Origin: Puccinia triticina
Taxonomy: Eukaryota
Direction: 5' to 3'
Length of the DNA: 64,000 nt
Assembly (NCBI GenBank): GCA_026914245.1
Contig: CP110440.1
Span: forward strand, 3,410,001-3,474,000
Shown here: in pieces, positions 62,865 through 64,000 of the stretch
How the letters are laid out: each line of letters begins with the position of its first letter
Position numbering within the stretch: position 1 is the stretch's first letter
Notes under the pieces: model-generated
Databases searched by the model: none
The model's input: the letters and a program-made list of their open reading frames with translations, nothing else
What the model was told of the DNA's origin: nothing
Position numbers and translations under genes: made by a program

Positions 62865-64000
62865 CGTGGTCTCGCCGGTCTTTTTGGTCAACAGCTGATG
62901 TGTGAAGGCTTGCGGATTTCCGCCCTTTTTTTTCCTCCTATTTTTTTTGTTCCCCCCGAAAGCCTTTTTCCCCCGGCACAAAAGCCCTGGACACCCCGAT
63001 CCGGGCCTTTTCACTCACAAAGTAACAACGATTTCAACATGGAAAACGGTATGTATTTTTATTCTTTTTACCTTATTACCTTTGATCTGTTCCATTCACT
63101 ATTTTTTTTCCTTTAAAGTATTCCTGTCTTATAGAGCAAAGTGGATCGCTAGACAAAATTGATGAGTGGTTGTTTGGCCTCAAAAGTCCAAAACCTCCGT
63201 CCCCAGCCGCTGATCCCTCCAGCACTTGAAAATACCCTTGAGTAACAATTTTCAGAAAGGCATCAAGGCAATTGCATGAACCAAATTTGAAGTATCAACC
63301 AGAAAGTGATGAAGAGGTGAGATATTGCTCAATTATCAACTCTACATTCCCAAACCAAAGGCTGCAACATCTGGTCAAACAACAAAAAACCAAAAGGTCT
63401 CAGCCAAGGATCCCAAGGAGAAGTTTATGAAAGTTATTCCTCAAAATAATACTTCTCTTGGCAGGAATCCAACAACAATCTTGCAGCTTTCAAACAATGT
63501 ACTATTCATACAATTAATACTCACATTGCACAACAAAAAACAGTTTGGATTGCATCAATGAAGGAGAAATTACTTGGTACACAATTGTTCTGCATGGTGG
63601 GAAATTCCAACAGAAGAACAAGACATCCTTGGATGGCACCAAAGTCCTAGCCAAATTTTTTGAGGTAGCCATTAATACCATGAAGTTTAAGGACAAAATT
63701 ACCATATCATTGGTTCAAAATGATCCAAAGGTGGCTGCTGAGTACTTTAAACATGATCCAACTTAAATCTCTTCACATACTAATTGTAAAATTTATGATT
63801 GTTTGTTTCATTATCAGAGAAACAAAGCTTTAAGACAACTATTCCAGCATGATTGGGGTAACAAACAATCATGGGATCCCAAGCCTTTGGCAGGTACAGC
63901 TCATGCTCAAGATATTTTGAAAATCATGCTCCAGAGCAAGGCAACCCATGTTCCATGCAATCAATCAACTGTTCATAGTGCATGATGTTGAGGGACCCCT

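Noticed and set aside
62865..63014. N-terminal extension of HIS4 in the ORF track
   Set aside because: Starts at a non-ATG codon and is A-run-rich UTR-like sequence; the ATG at 62864 is the likely start

Overview
Eukaryotic, intron-containing, transposon-rich fungal DNA, most consistent with a rust fungus (Pucciniales; this is an inference from gene style and TE content). Host genes: a Dma1-like FHA-RING E3 ligase, COQ9, a CCDC137-like protein, a probable fungal transcription-factor-type gene, a Pex23/Pex30-family dysferlin-domain peroxin, trifunctional HIS4, and an SPT2 pseudogene. The most striking structure is a ~14.6 kb palindrome (8588-23167). Its ~2.1 kb unique arms each carry an RBM5/RBM10-like RRM + C2H2 zinc-finger fragment, with the zinc-finger exon spliced in frame to an OTU-like cysteine protease domain. 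Its centre is a ~4.4 kb array of a 28-bp double-hairpin repeat whose two loops have flipped independently, giving four isomers. The 22-bp core of that repeat (GGAGT-N12-ACTCC) is the same motif that is reiterated in the ends of two Mutator (MULE) elements later in the window. A young Ty1/copia element sits in only one arm; it has TG...TA LTR ends and a primer-binding site matching a tRNA-Tyr anticodon arm. The region 47.2-59.5 kb is a multi-level transposon nest, and a family of MITEs with CAA(C/T) ends and 7-bp target-site duplications (TSDs) recurs. Coordinates were read by eye; no alignments or database searches were run.
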